Positions 15,350 to 24,790 of a stretch of 32,000 bases of DNA are shown piece by piece. Origin of the DNA: Candidatus Saccharimonadota bacterium (GTDB lineage: Bacteria; Patescibacteriota; Gracilibacteria; UBA4473). Position 1 is the first letter of the stretch; each line of letters starts with the position of its first letter. The notes beneath the pieces are model-generated. The model was not told the origin of the DNA. It saw only the letters and a program-made list of their open reading frames with translations, and did not search any database. The DNA is taken from NCBI GenBank assembly GCA_965228485.1, contig OZ245819.1:60001-92000 (forward strand), given 5' to 3'. The position numbers were made by a program, and so were the translations under genes.

Positions 15350-16477
15350 TTATTTTGTTACAAATTTTTCTAGTCGATTCATAGCTTCTTCTAGCTCTGT
15401 CGTACTAGCAGCGTAGGTCATTCTTATGTGGCCAATGCCCGCAGAACCAAAGGCACTTCCTGGAACTACAGCTAATTTTTCTTTTTCTAATAGCGACTCA
15501 CAGAATTGAATGTCATCGGAGTTATGTTCACTGATATTAACGAGTATATAGAACGCTCCTTGTGGTTCATGAAAGGGAAGGTTCATTTCTTGAAGTCTTT
15601 TGATACAAAATTTTCTTCGTTTGTTGTAAGTGTCTTTCATCTTTTTAGCTTCTGTTCCACCTCGTCTCAGCGCCTCTAGAGCCGCAAGTTGACTGGTAGA
15701 AGAAGCACACAGTGCGCTGTATTGATGTATTTTATTGATTCCCTGGATAATTTCACTTGGGCCCGCGATCCACCCAATTCGAAGCCCTGTCATGGCATGG
15801 GTTTTGGAAAGTCCATCAAATAATAGGGTATGGGTTTTGATGTCTGAAAATGAAACGAGGCTTAGATGTTGACTATTAAAAGTCAGGCCTTCGTAAATTT
15901 CATCACTATAGATTTTCCAACTTCTTTCTTGAGCAATTTTTTTGATCAATAGTAGATCTTCTTTGGTAAAAGTATTTCCAATAGGGTTCCCTGGAAAATT
16001 GAGGACAATTCCATTAGCTTCTTTGTCTTTAAGTGTGGAAAGATCTAGAGGATTATAATAATTTACCTTTCCGCCAGATAATTGGACCAGTGGGGCGTAC
16101 ATTACATATCCTGGGTCTGGAAGTAGAATTGTATCTCCAGGATTAATAGTGGCTCTAAAAGCAATGTCCATGCCTTCTGAAACGCCATTCGTGATAAGAA
16201 TCTCAGTTTTTGGGTCATATTGTGTTCCCGTCTCTTTTGTGATTTTTTCTGCAATAGCTTCTCTGAGTTCTAGGAGTCCTGCATTTTCGGTGTAGCTGGT
16301 GAATCCTTTTTCTAAGCTAAAAATAGCGGCTTCTCGTATGTGCCATGGAGTAGGGAAGTCGGGCTCTCCGACCCCAAGAGAGATTACTTCTGGTCCAGCG
16401 GAAATAACGAGATCAAAAAAGCGACGAATACCACTTTTTGGTAGATTTTGGACTTGCTCATTTAGAGTTAAAACCAT
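15350..16477 (-). CDS. PLP-dependent aminotransferase, class I/II (aspartate aminotransferase-like)
   Basis: 375 aa with LGVGEPDFPTP, NPGNP-like NFPGNPIGN, and the PLP-lysine motif LSKTHAMTGLRIGW. Confidence 0.9.
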   Translation of the reverse strand: MVLTLNEQVQNLPKSGIRRFFDLVISAGPEVISLGVGEPDFPTPWHIREAAIFSLEKGFTSYTENAGLLELREAIAEKITKETGTQYDPKTEILITNGVSEGMDIAFRATINPGDTILLPDPGYVMYAPLVQLSGGKVNYYNPLDLSTLKDKEANGIVLNFPGNPIGNTFTKEDLLLIKKIAQERSWKIYSDEIYEGLTFNSQHLSLVSFSDIKTHTLLFDGLSKTHAMTGLRIGWIAGPSEIIQGINKIHQYSALCASSTSQLAALEALRRGGTEAKKMKDTYNKRRKFCIKRLQEMNLPFHEPQGAFYILVNISEHNSDDIQFCESLLEKEKLAVVPGSAFGSAGIGHIRMTYAASTTELEEAMNRLEKFVTK

Positions 16478-16482
16478 GAGAT

Positions 16483-16797
16483 TTAGGCAGATATAGGAAG
16501 TCGGCTTGTTTTTGGTTCTTCTGCTAGAAGGTTGCCATTTTCTTTATAGGCTTTCATAAAGAAGTGAGTAGCGGTTGAACTCACGCCTTCCATTGGGGCG
16601 AGTACTTCCGTTACGAACTTAGAAATTTCATGAATATTGTCCGCCTCAATTTTTACGGTTAGATCAGCTCTTCCAGAGACAACATGAACATCAAGAACTT
16701 CTGGAAAGCGAGCAATTCTCATAGCGATTCTATCAAAACCAAATTCTCTTTCGGATTGGCATTCTATATCGATCAGGGCTGTAATTTTATCAGTCAT
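16483..16797 (-). CDS. Standalone Lrp/AsnC-type ligand-binding (RAM) domain protein
   Basis: 104 aa with no HTH. The pattern FPEVLDVHVVSGRADLTVKIEADNIHEISKFVTEVLAPMEGVSSTAT matches the AsnC_trans_reg fold. Confidence 0.7.
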   Translation of the reverse strand: MTDKITALIDIECQSEREFGFDRIAMRIARFPEVLDVHVVSGRADLTVKIEADNIHEISKFVTEVLAPMEGVSSTATHFFMKAYKENGNLLAEEPKTSRLPISA

Positions 16798-16808
16798 TTT
16801 AGTTTTGC

Positions 16809-18317
16809 TTAGAAAACAAGGAAGTCATCAGCACTAATATTGTTGTTACTACTACTTGGAGCGTTTACGCTAGAAGAAGGAGTAAATTTCTTCATACCTT
16901 CTTTTTTCACAAAGGCAACGGAGAGACTTTCGTTGTTAAAATATGTTTTTAGGCCCCCTAGTATTTTTGAAATTACACTAGATTCTATGAGTTTTTCACG
17001 ATGAAATTCAGAGTCTGTAAAAAAAGTTACTTGAGTTCCATCTACTTCAGGGATGGTCGTAAGAAATGATTTTTTGGCGAAAATTGGAATCCCAGATTTT
17101 TCAGCAATATCTTTCATAGCATTAGTAACAGCCTCAGCTGAGAGCCCTTCTGGAGAAGGGGATTTGGGTTTCTCTGGAGCTTGTGTTGGAGCGGGCGTAG
17201 GTGCTGGTTGTGGGGCTTGGGTTTGTTTTGGTGGTGTTGGGGCCGCTGTTTTTGCTGGAGGAAAAGTTTTTGGTGTTGTGGTAGAAGTTTGGACGGGGAT
17301 GGTTGCAGCTTCTTGTGTGAGATTTACGACAGCAATTTCTAGTGGAAGTTCTACGATAGGAGAAGTTTTTAGTCGTGTGAGAGCAATTTCTATTTGCTCT
17401 ATCATTCTTAAGATTTGAGGGAGGAGTGGTTGATTGATATTTTCAAACATTTTTGCTCGTAGAAATCCAAGAAAATCATGTCCAAAAGTACGGAAATCCT
17501 GTCCATTCATAGCCAAACTTTTTAAGATATCTAATCCCGCCTGAGTGTTTTTTGTGCTGAGAGCTTTATAAAATTCTTCTAGGGTCTGTGTATTTGAGAC
17601 TCCAAGACTTGTTCTAGTATCATTCTCTGTAATATTTTGGTTTGTTTCTGCTGCAATCTGTTCTAATAGAGAGATAGCGTCTCGCATTCCACCTTCAGCT
17701 TTTTGGGCGATAATAGTTATCGCTTCTTTTTCATAAGTAAATCCCTCTTGATCACAAATTTTGATCAATCTATTAATGAGCTGTTCCTGATTAAATCGCT
17801 GGAAGATGAAGACCTGACACCGAGAGAGAATTGTTTCAGGAATCTTGTGCATTTCAGTTGTAGCAAGGCAAAAGAAAGCATGATCAGGAGGTTCTTCTAA
17901 CGTTTTAAGAAGCGCATTAAAGGCTTCTTTCGTGAGCATATGGACTTCGTCTATAATATAAACTTTTCTCTTGGCTCTATTTGGGGCAAACATGATTTTC
18001 TCTCGTAGTTCTCGAATTTCATCGATTCCACGATTAGAGGCGGCATCTATTTCAATAACGTCTACAAGTGAACCATCGGCCGTTCCCTTACAGAGGTCAC
18101 ATTTTCCACAAGGATTTCCGTCTTCTAGATTTTCACAATTCAAACCTTTGGCAAAAATTCGTGCTGTTGAGGTTTTTCCTGTTCCTCGAGAACCTGAAAA
18201 CATATAAGCATGACTTGGTCGTTCTGCTTTTAGGGCGTTTTGAAGGGTTCTTCGTACCGCCTCTTGTCCAACAAGATCGGCAAAAGTTTGCGGTCGGTAT
18301 TTAAGAAATAAAGCCAT
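16809..18317 (-). CDS. dnaX: DNA polymerase III subunit gamma/tau
   Basis: KYRPQTFADLVGQ, Walker A GSRGTGKTS, zinc module CENLEDGNPCGKCDLC, DEVHML and SRC. There is a Pro/Ala/Gln/Thr-rich linker. The track ORF starts at a TTG (18344). The ATG at 18317 gives the canonical N-terminus MALFLKYRPQTF. Confidence 0.93.
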   Translation of the reverse strand: MALFLKYRPQTFADLVGQEAVRRTLQNALKAERPSHAYMFSGSRGTGKTSTARIFAKGLNCENLEDGNPCGKCDLCKGTADGSLVDVIEIDAASNRGIDEIRELREKIMFAPNRAKRKVYIIDEVHMLTKEAFNALLKTLEEPPDHAFFCLATTEMHKIPETILSRCQVFIFQRFNQEQLINRLIKICDQEGFTYEKEAITIIAQKAEGGMRDAISLLEQIAAETNQNITENDTRTSLGVSNTQTLEEFYKALSTKNTQAGLDILKSLAMNGQDFRTFGHDFLGFLRAKMFENINQPLLPQILRMIEQIEIALTRLKTSPIVELPLEIAVVNLTQEAATIPVQTSTTTPKTFPPAKTAAPTPPKQTQAPQPAPTPAPTQAPEKPKSPSPEGLSAEAVTNAMKDIAEKSGIPIFAKKSFLTTIPEVDGTQVTFFTDSEFHREKLIESSVISKILGGLKTYFNNESLSVAFVKKEGMKKFTPSSSVNAPSSSNNNISADDFLVF

Positions 18318-18370
18318 TTTTATGGTGGTGGACTGAGTGTACAAAGTTTTTTGGTTTTGTCATCCAAAGT

Positions 18371-19114
18371 TTATTGGACAAAAAATAAGTACCCAGAAAT
18401 TAATATACCGAGTCCGAAAGAAGCTCTCATTAACCACCTTTGTGATTGAGGGGATTTAATAGCAAATTTTTTAAGTATTTTTCCACCAGTAAAACCACCT
18501 AGAAAAGCTCCTGCAGCAAAAGGGGTAGCATATTCTGTAGTAATATTTCCGTGTAGGTAATGTCCAGTTGCAGCAATAATAACGAGAGTCCAGCTTAAAA
18601 AACTACTGTGAATTTTTAATAATACGATTTTGTTTTCATCAGGAAATTTCAGTCTTAGCAGGCTCATAAAGATAGATCGAAGCCCTGCTCCCAAAAACCC
18701 CACATAAACACCAATAATGATAGCAAGTCCATATAAATGTTTTTGAGAGATGTGTGGAGCTATTTTATTGGCAAATTCAGCGATAAAATAGGCAATAATT
18801 AAGGTCGGGAAAATCCATTTTGAGTCTAAATGAGCAATCAGGTTTACTCCAATAATAGCCCCTATAGCAAGAGGAAACCATATCCATTTAATGATGCTAA
18901 AGTCTAAAGTTTTATAAGTGGAAAAAAGTGTCCCTATTCCACGGAAAACACCACCAAACTTTATGGTTCCGATGATATTTCCGAAATTAGCACCAGGAAG
19001 AAGTGTTTGTAAAATGGCGGCAGCCATTGGAAGCATATTTCCAAAAACAACCATAAGACATCCAAATACAAGCCCTGTTAAGAAGAGCCAAAATGGGAGT
19101 GATATTTCGAGCAT
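18371..19114 (-). CDS. TauE/SafE (TSUP) family anion exporter-like membrane protein
   Basis: 247 aa, polytopic and Gly-rich in its TM helices, with the two-fold internal repeat typical of TSUP proteins. Confidence 0.65.
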   Translation of the reverse strand: MLEISLPFWLFLTGLVFGCLMVVFGNMLPMAAAILQTLLPGANFGNIIGTIKFGGVFRGIGTLFSTYKTLDFSIIKWIWFPLAIGAIIGVNLIAHLDSKWIFPTLIIAYFIAEFANKIAPHISQKHLYGLAIIIGVYVGFLGAGLRSIFMSLLRLKFPDENKIVLLKIHSSFLSWTLVIIAATGHYLHGNITTEYATPFAAGAFLGGFTGGKILKKFAIKSPQSQRWLMRASFGLGILISGYLFFVQ

Positions 19115-19124
19115 TTAGCTTATA

Positions 19125-20165
19125 CTATTGTTTTGTAATTATTTCAGCAATTTTAGAAGCTTGATTTTGGATATTTTGATCTTTTATATTTTTGAGATAG
19201 GTGGGATCATTTAGTACTTGCTCGATAGTTGGTAAAAGCTTGTTTTGAGTATCTGCGTTTTGCTCGAGTAAGTAACAATATCCTTTTTCTTCAAAATATT
19301 TAGCATTTTCCCATTGGTGATTTCGGGCTGAAGTCGGAAGTGGGACGGCAATACATGGTGTTTGGGCAGCAAAAACTTGAAACATTGATCCACCACTTCG
19401 ACAGATAACTAGGTCGGATTCGATCATAGCTTTGATTAGATCGTCTTGTGGCATGAAGTTGATCAACGTGAAATTTTCTTTTGGAGAATTAAATTTTGGT
19501 AATTCTTGGTTTGGACCAGAAACAAGAGTAATATAATATTTTTGTGTGAGTATTCCCAATTTTTGAATAATTAATTTATTCAAAAAGTAAGCCCCTTGTG
19601 AACCTCCAAAAATAAGAATTTTTGGACAAGGATTTTTTGTTTTTTGAACTTTTAGATTCTTTGGCCAATAGAATAAAGGGGTAGGATTTTCACCAAAGTT
19701 ACTAAAGATTTTATCGGCCTTCTTTCCAATGGATTGGGTTAGTTTTCCAGTACTAATATCGGTGTCATGTAGATAAATTTTTCCTCTGAATTTTATTAGG
19801 TGTTTAAGCGCCACAAGAACGGGGAAACCTACAAAACCACCTTTGAAAAATACGATGTCAGGATTTGTTTCCTTGAGTAATTTTTTTGTTCGAAAAAAAC
19901 TGACTATTATTTTGAATGGAGCAATAAAGTTTTCAAGGCTGAAGTGGTAGTGAATCTTTTGAGTTTTTAGAAAATGAATTTCTAAGTCTTTTAGATTGAG
20001 AAATTTATCTTGAATTATTTTTTTGTCTAAGTCTGCATCGTTAACAATGAGATGGACATTTGAGCCTTTTTTCAAGCAGGCTTCGGCTAGTGAGTAGAGT
20101 GGTAGTATATGTCCACCAGTTCCTCCTCCAACGAGTAAAATCGTTTGTTTTTTTGATTGGCTCAT
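19125..20165 (-). CDS. murG: UDP-N-acetylglucosamine--N-acetylmuramyl-(pentapeptide) pyrophosphoryl-undecaprenol GlcNAc transferase MurG
   Basis: 346 aa with ILLVGGGTGGHILP, FGGSQGA and CRSGGSMFQV...PLP...NHQWENA. Confidence 0.9.
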   Translation of the reverse strand: MSQSKKQTILLVGGGTGGHILPLYSLAEACLKKGSNVHLIVNDADLDKKIIQDKFLNLKDLEIHFLKTQKIHYHFSLENFIAPFKIIVSFFRTKKLLKETNPDIVFFKGGFVGFPVLVALKHLIKFRGKIYLHDTDISTGKLTQSIGKKADKIFSNFGENPTPLFYWPKNLKVQKTKNPCPKILIFGGSQGAYFLNKLIIQKLGILTQKYYITLVSGPNQELPKFNSPKENFTLINFMPQDDLIKAMIESDLVICRSGGSMFQVFAAQTPCIAVPLPTSARNHQWENAKYFEEKGYCYLLEQNADTQNKLLPTIEQVLNDPTYLKNIKDQNIQNQASKIAEIITKQ

Positions 20166-20168
20166 GAT

Positions 20169-21275
20169 CTAGAAATATCGTCTTTTTTGAGTTTTTTTCA
20201 GATTATTTGAGATGTGTAAGAGTAGGCCCATAGCGGCAAAGCTTGCCCAGAGAGAACTTCCTCCATAGGATATGAGTGGGAGGGTGATTCCTGTGTTTGG
20301 AAGGAGTGCCAAATTTACCCCAATATTAATAAAAGCTTGTCCAACAATCCAAGTTGTAAGTCCAACGGCTAGTAGTTGAGTGAATTTATCGGGAGCGTTT
20401 CGAGCAATAAAAGCCCCTCTGTGCCCAATATAAAGATAAACTCCAAGGAGTACTAAGATGCGAATAAATCCCATCTCTTCTGAAATAGCAGCAAAGATAG
20501 TGTCGGATTGTACTTCTGGTAAATAATCGAATTTCTGAATAGAGTTTTGGAAGCCTCTACCAAAAAGTCCACCAGAACCGATGGCAATGAGGGCTTGCTT
20601 TACCTGGAATCCTGCTCCGAGTGGATCTAATTCTGGATTTACAAAAACCGCAAACCTTTTAGCAATATAAGGATTTGTCAGGATTACGATTGCCGCTCCC
20701 AAGAAAGCCGCGATAATACCTCCAAAATAGTGTTTTAGGTTTGCTCCTGCCGCAAAATACATAACTCCAGCAATAAGGGTCATAACTAGTAATGACCCAA
20801 AGTCGGGTTGCGCCATAATTAATAATGAAGGAATCCCAAGAATAAAAATGAAAGATAAAAATCCTCCTTGAAATGAGTCTACGCGGTTTTTCCCACTCGA
20901 GAATATGGCGGCTAGAAAGACGATGACGGCGAGTTTGGCAACCTCTGTTGGCTGGAATGATAATGGTCCAATTTTTAGCCACGATTTGGCAGCTGTCCCA
21001 AAGTCTTGTCCAATAACTAGTACCAATAATAGCAATGTGAGTGCGAATATAAAAGCAAGAGGAGAGATTTTTCTCAGAAGATCATAAGGAAAAACTAGAG
21101 CCACCAGGAATACAGGAACTCCGATGATAATATAGAGCAGGTGTCTCAAGAAATAGTAATCATTTCTTCCTGTCACTTCAAAACTTCCCGCTACAGACAT
21201 GGAACTCATCATAATGAGACCAAAAATTGTAAGTCCGATAAAAGCCGCGAAAAGTCCTCGATCTAGGTTTAACAT
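20169..21275 (-). CDS. ftsW: SEDS family peptidoglycan polymerase FtsW/RodA
   Basis: 368 aa with ~10 TM helices, FQPTEVAKL, PDFGS, SEEMGF and LPNTGITLPLISYGGSS. It lies directly upstream of murG. Confidence 0.9.
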   Translation of the reverse strand: MLNLDRGLFAAFIGLTIFGLIMMSSMSVAGSFEVTGRNDYYFLRHLLYIIIGVPVFLVALVFPYDLLRKISPLAFIFALTLLLLVLVIGQDFGTAAKSWLKIGPLSFQPTEVAKLAVIVFLAAIFSSGKNRVDSFQGGFLSFIFILGIPSLLIMAQPDFGSLLVMTLIAGVMYFAAGANLKHYFGGIIAAFLGAAIVILTNPYIAKRFAVFVNPELDPLGAGFQVKQALIAIGSGGLFGRGFQNSIQKFDYLPEVQSDTIFAAISEEMGFIRILVLLGVYLYIGHRGAFIARNAPDKFTQLLAVGLTTWIVGQAFINIGVNLALLPNTGITLPLISYGGSSLWASFAAMGLLLHISNNLKKTQKRRYF

Positions 21276-21323
21276 AGTATAATTTTAGCTTATTACTGAG
21301 GGGAAATACCTCAAGTATAAAGA

Positions 21324-22649
21324 TTAACTTTTCAGTTGTTGAACGTGATCAATTCGTTTTTGTAGGAGCTCAGGAGTTCCAATATCTTTTCTATAAAAAA
21401 GTGGTCCTTCAAACTGTGTTAGTTTTTGATCACAGTTAGTTTTTGCTGCTTCTAGATTTTTTCCTGTTCCGAGAATTCCTATAGCTCGAGAGCCTTTCAG
21501 TAACAGTTTGCCATTCTCTTCTCCGATTGAAGCAAAATAACAGTTTTCTGGAACTTCATCGTTTATGATAATAGGAACGTTCTTAACTGAGTTAGTTGGA
21601 TAACCTTCAGGGCACAAATATTTCACAACGGTAGCTACAGGTTTAAACTGTAGTGTTCCCATTTCGGAAAGTGTTCCGTTGATGGCCCGTTCACATACTT
21701 CTACAAAATCTGATTCTAAAATTGGTAAAATATTTAGAGCTTCCGGATCTCCAAATCGAGCATTGTATTCAATAAGCTTTATACCGTTAGTGGTGACCAT
21801 AAACCCTCCATACATGACCCCTACGAATTTTTCTCCAGTTTCTTTTTCGATAGCCTGCATAGTTTGAATGGTGATGTTATGAGCCTCATCTAAATCTTTC
21901 TGTGTTACAAACGGTAGAGAATTATTTTCGTCTGAAACACATCCCATCCCCCCTGTATTTGGCCCTTCATCACCTTCGAAGGCTCGTTTATGATCCTGGA
22001 TAGCTGGGCAATCTAGGACGGTCTTACCGTCAACAATAGAGATGAGCGAAAACTCCTCTCCAATAAATTGTTCTTCGAGCACTACTCGACCAAATTTTTC
22101 GATAGATTTTACAGCGAAATCATCAGCTTCCTCAAAAGTATCAAAGTGTTCTCCTGCGACAATCACTCCTTTTCCTCCAAGAAGTCCGTCAGCTTTAACA
22201 ACCATCTTTCCGTTGAGTTTGTTAAAAAAATCTACTCGTTCAGATTTATTTTTTGCATCAGTTGAAACGATGTATTCAGGTTGTCCAGGAATATTATATT
22301 TTTCACAAAGTTTTCTCGTGAAAGATTTGGAAGATTCTAGCTGGGCACAAACTTTTAGAGGCGCAAAACTTGGGATTCCTACTTCAAGAAGAGCGTCAGC
22401 AGCCCCAATTCCGATTGGATCATCTGGACCGACTACAGCAAAGTCTGGTTGAACTTTTTGCCCCACCATTTTTATAGTTTCTATATCCATGTAGTCACCC
22501 ACGATTACTTCTGTGCAGAGTGGTTTAATTCCTGGATTGATGGCATTAGCAAAATTATAAATTTCAGGTTTTTGAGGAGATCTGTGTAGTGCTTCTACAA
22601 TAGCGTGTTCTCTTCCTCCATTTCCGATAACCAATATTTTTTTTGCCAT
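21324..22649 (-). CDS. purD: Phosphoribosylamine--glycine ligase PurD
   Basis: KILVIGNGGREHAIVEAL, SKSFTRKL, VVKADGLLGGKGV, DHKRAFEGDEGPNTGGMG, YNARFGDPE and YRKDIG. The track ORF begins at a TTG (22655). The ATG at 22649 (MAKKILVIG) is the more likely start. Confidence 0.93.
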   Translation of the reverse strand: MAKKILVIGNGGREHAIVEALHRSPQKPEIYNFANAINPGIKPLCTEVIVGDYMDIETIKMVGQKVQPDFAVVGPDDPIGIGAADALLEVGIPSFAPLKVCAQLESSKSFTRKLCEKYNIPGQPEYIVSTDAKNKSERVDFFNKLNGKMVVKADGLLGGKGVIVAGEHFDTFEEADDFAVKSIEKFGRVVLEEQFIGEEFSLISIVDGKTVLDCPAIQDHKRAFEGDEGPNTGGMGCVSDENNSLPFVTQKDLDEAHNITIQTMQAIEKETGEKFVGVMYGGFMVTTNGIKLIEYNARFGDPEALNILPILESDFVEVCERAINGTLSEMGTLQFKPVATVVKYLCPEGYPTNSVKNVPIIINDEVPENCYFASIGEENGKLLLKGSRAIGILGTGKNLEAAKTNCDQKLTQFEGPLFYRKDIGTPELLQKRIDHVQQLKS

Positions 22650-22704
22650 CAACAAAGTTTTTTATGAGTGCTTGGAGTTTATTCAGGAACCGAAACAATT
22701 CAAT

Positions 22705-23286
22705 TTACTTTTTTCGGGGAATAAAACTGCTCCAGTAAAAATAACAGGAGATAGAAATCAGTAGAATAATGAAGGCGTACCTCCAATTATTTTGAATAAA
22801 AAACCAGATATCATCACCAAAATAATAACCACCACCTATAAAAAAACTGGCCCAGATACAAACCCCTAAAAAATGATAAATCATAAATTTAAAAGTATTC
22901 ATTCCCAGAGAGCCAGCCATGAAGGAACAAAAAGGTCGAATAGTACTCCAGCAGGCGGTGAAAAAGATAGTTTTCTCACCATGTTTTTTCATAATTTGTG
23001 CCGCTTTTTGAAGGCGATGTGTTGGTAGATAAAATTTGTGTCCGTGTTCTTCGATATAGTGACGAAGTCCGTATTTTCCTGCAAAAAACAAGCAGTAGTT
23101 CGCAAACGGAGGGATTGTTAGGGCGATTAAAATAATTGGCCAGAGTTTCAACTCAGGATGGTAGTGGGCTAGGGTAGCATAGCCAAAAATCATGGTCCCG
23201 GGAGGAAAGAAAGGGAGTCCTAGATCATCGCCAAGAACAAATGACGCAATACCCCAAACTCCATATTCGAGCAAAAATGCTTCCAT
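22705..23286 (-). CDS. DedA/VTT-domain family membrane protein
   Basis: 193 aa with GLPFFPPGTMIFGYATLA, FFAGKYG, and KKHGEKTIFFTACWSTIRPFCSFMAGSLGM...GGGYYFG. Confidence 0.75.
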   Translation of the reverse strand: MEAFLLEYGVWGIASFVLGDDLGLPFFPPGTMIFGYATLAHYHPELKLWPIILIALTIPPFANYCLFFAGKYGLRHYIEEHGHKFYLPTHRLQKAAQIMKKHGEKTIFFTACWSTIRPFCSFMAGSLGMNTFKFMIYHFLGVCIWASFFIGGGYYFGDDIWFFIQNNWRYAFIILLISISCYFYWSSFIPRKK

Positions 23287-23332
23287 TCATCTGGAAGTAT
23301 AAATATGTATTGTTTCTTGGGAAGATTTTGCC

Positions 23333-24772
23333 TTAGAAGCTTCCAACCACCTGATCGTTCATCTTCAGAATCGGCAGGTAAATCGCAAGAATCATAAATA
23401 CTGCAGCACAGGCAATGATCGCAAGAATGATTGGCTCCATACTTTTTTCTAGCACAGAGATTTTTCGCTCCAATTCTTCGTTATAGAAGTCAGCGGCTTT
23501 TCCCATAACAGTGTCTAGAGAGGCTGTTTTTTCTCCGATTGCCATCATATTTACGAGCATCGTTGGGAAGAGCCTTTCATCGTCAGAAAGATTTTCTGCA
23601 ATTGATATCCCTTTGGTCAGATCGTCGGCGGCTAGGAGAAGTTTTTCTTGATAAATTTCACTTTCAGCAATATGTGAAGCAATTCTTAGACTTTCTACTA
23701 CTGGTACTCCAGCAGATATCAAGAACCCGAAAATTCTTGTAACCCGTGTCAGAATCATTTTCTGCAGGATTGGTCCTACAAGTGGCATTCGTAGAAGAAT
23801 AGCAGCCCACTGTTTACTTCCTTTTTTACTTTTTTTCCATTGTATAAAGGCTATAGCTGCAGCAATAGCTCCAATGATGAGGAAATACCAGGATCCCATT
23901 ACAAAATCACTCCCGTTGATAAGGATTCGTGTTGGAAGTGGAAGATTTTCTCCTCCTCCGAATAATTCTTCTAATTTTGGTACTACAAATACCAATACTA
24001 CGATGGTTAGTACGACCATGAAAACTACTACGATAACTGGATAAGTCATCACGGACTTTACTTTTTTTGTCAGTTTACTCATCTGTTCGTACTGAGCTAC
24101 CAGCTCTTTTAGAATCGCATTTAATTTCCCTGATTTTTCACCAGCTTCAATTACTGAACAGGTGGCTTCGTCGAATACATCATCGTTATAACGCATTGAA
24201 GCGGCAAGACTTTGACCGTCTTCAATTTGTTTTCTCATGTCTTCAATTACCCGCTTCAGTTTCTCATTCTTTGTTTGATTGATAAGTAGATTCATCGCAT
24301 CAATAATTGGAAGTCCAGCTCCAATCATCGATCCCAGTAGTTGGAAGAAAAGAAGTTTTTCATCCAATTTAATCCCAGACATGTTAATCAACCAGTCATT
24401 GATTTGGTCAAAGAGGCTTACTTTTTCAACTTTAATGGATTCTTTCTTTTTTTCAGTTTCTTTAATATCTAAGACAATAGCGGCTTCTCCGTTATTTCCT
24501 TTTGGGGCTGCAGGAGCCGCTGGTGCGTTTTGTGGTGCGGCTGGTTGGGCACTTGGTCCTAATGGGGTAGGAGCTGCAGGTGCTTGTGGTTGAGTTTGTG
24601 AATTTGGTGCGGCAGGGGTAGGAGTTTCACTGACTCCACCAGCAGGTGGATTAGCTGAGGCTTGTCCTTGTGCTGGAGCTCCAAATGGATTACCTCCACC
24701 TCCGTTATTTCCAAACGGATTTGGGTTTGCACTATCGGCAAATGGATTGACTGGCGGAGTGTTATTTTCCAT
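23333..24772 (-). CDS. pilC: Type IV pilus / type II secretion platform protein (PilC/GspF family) with a ~100-aa low-complexity N-terminal extension
   Basis: 479 aa with two T2SSF repeats (LFFQLLGSMIGAGLPIIDAM and RIFGFLISAGVPVVESL) and three TM helices. The N-terminus is Pro/Ala/Gln/Asn/Gly-rich with repeated NPF. Confidence 0.9.
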   Translation of the reverse strand: MENNTPPVNPFADSANPNPFGNNGGGGNPFGAPAQGQASANPPAGGVSETPTPAAPNSQTQPQAPAAPTPLGPSAQPAAPQNAPAAPAAPKGNNGEAAIVLDIKETEKKKESIKVEKVSLFDQINDWLINMSGIKLDEKLLFFQLLGSMIGAGLPIIDAMNLLINQTKNEKLKRVIEDMRKQIEDGQSLAASMRYNDDVFDEATCSVIEAGEKSGKLNAILKELVAQYEQMSKLTKKVKSVMTYPVIVVVFMVVLTIVVLVFVVPKLEELFGGGENLPLPTRILINGSDFVMGSWYFLIIGAIAAAIAFIQWKKSKKGSKQWAAILLRMPLVGPILQKMILTRVTRIFGFLISAGVPVVESLRIASHIAESEIYQEKLLLAADDLTKGISIAENLSDDERLFPTMLVNMMAIGEKTASLDTVMGKAADFYNEELERKISVLEKSMEPIILAIIACAAVFMILAIYLPILKMNDQVVGSF

Positions 24773-24790
24773 TTATATCAGATTATTATA

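Noticed and set aside
16809-18344. Programmed -1 frameshift site in dnaX (tau/gamma), as in E. coli; also the TTG-extended N-termini of dnaX (18344) and purD (22655).
   Set aside because: The A-runs in dnaX (GCC AAA AAA TCA, GTG AAA AAA GAA) are not in X XXY YYZ register, have no downstream hairpin and lie near the C-terminus. For the starts, the in-frame ATGs at 18317 and 22649 give canonical N-termini, so the TTG extensions are probably ORF-finder artefacts.
23333-24772. NPF tripeptides in PilC as eukaryote-like EH-domain ligands.
   Set aside because: There is no basis for EH-domain partners in a bacterium. The motif is more simply explained as low-complexity Asn/Pro/Gly-rich sequence, so it is reported only as a compositional oddity.
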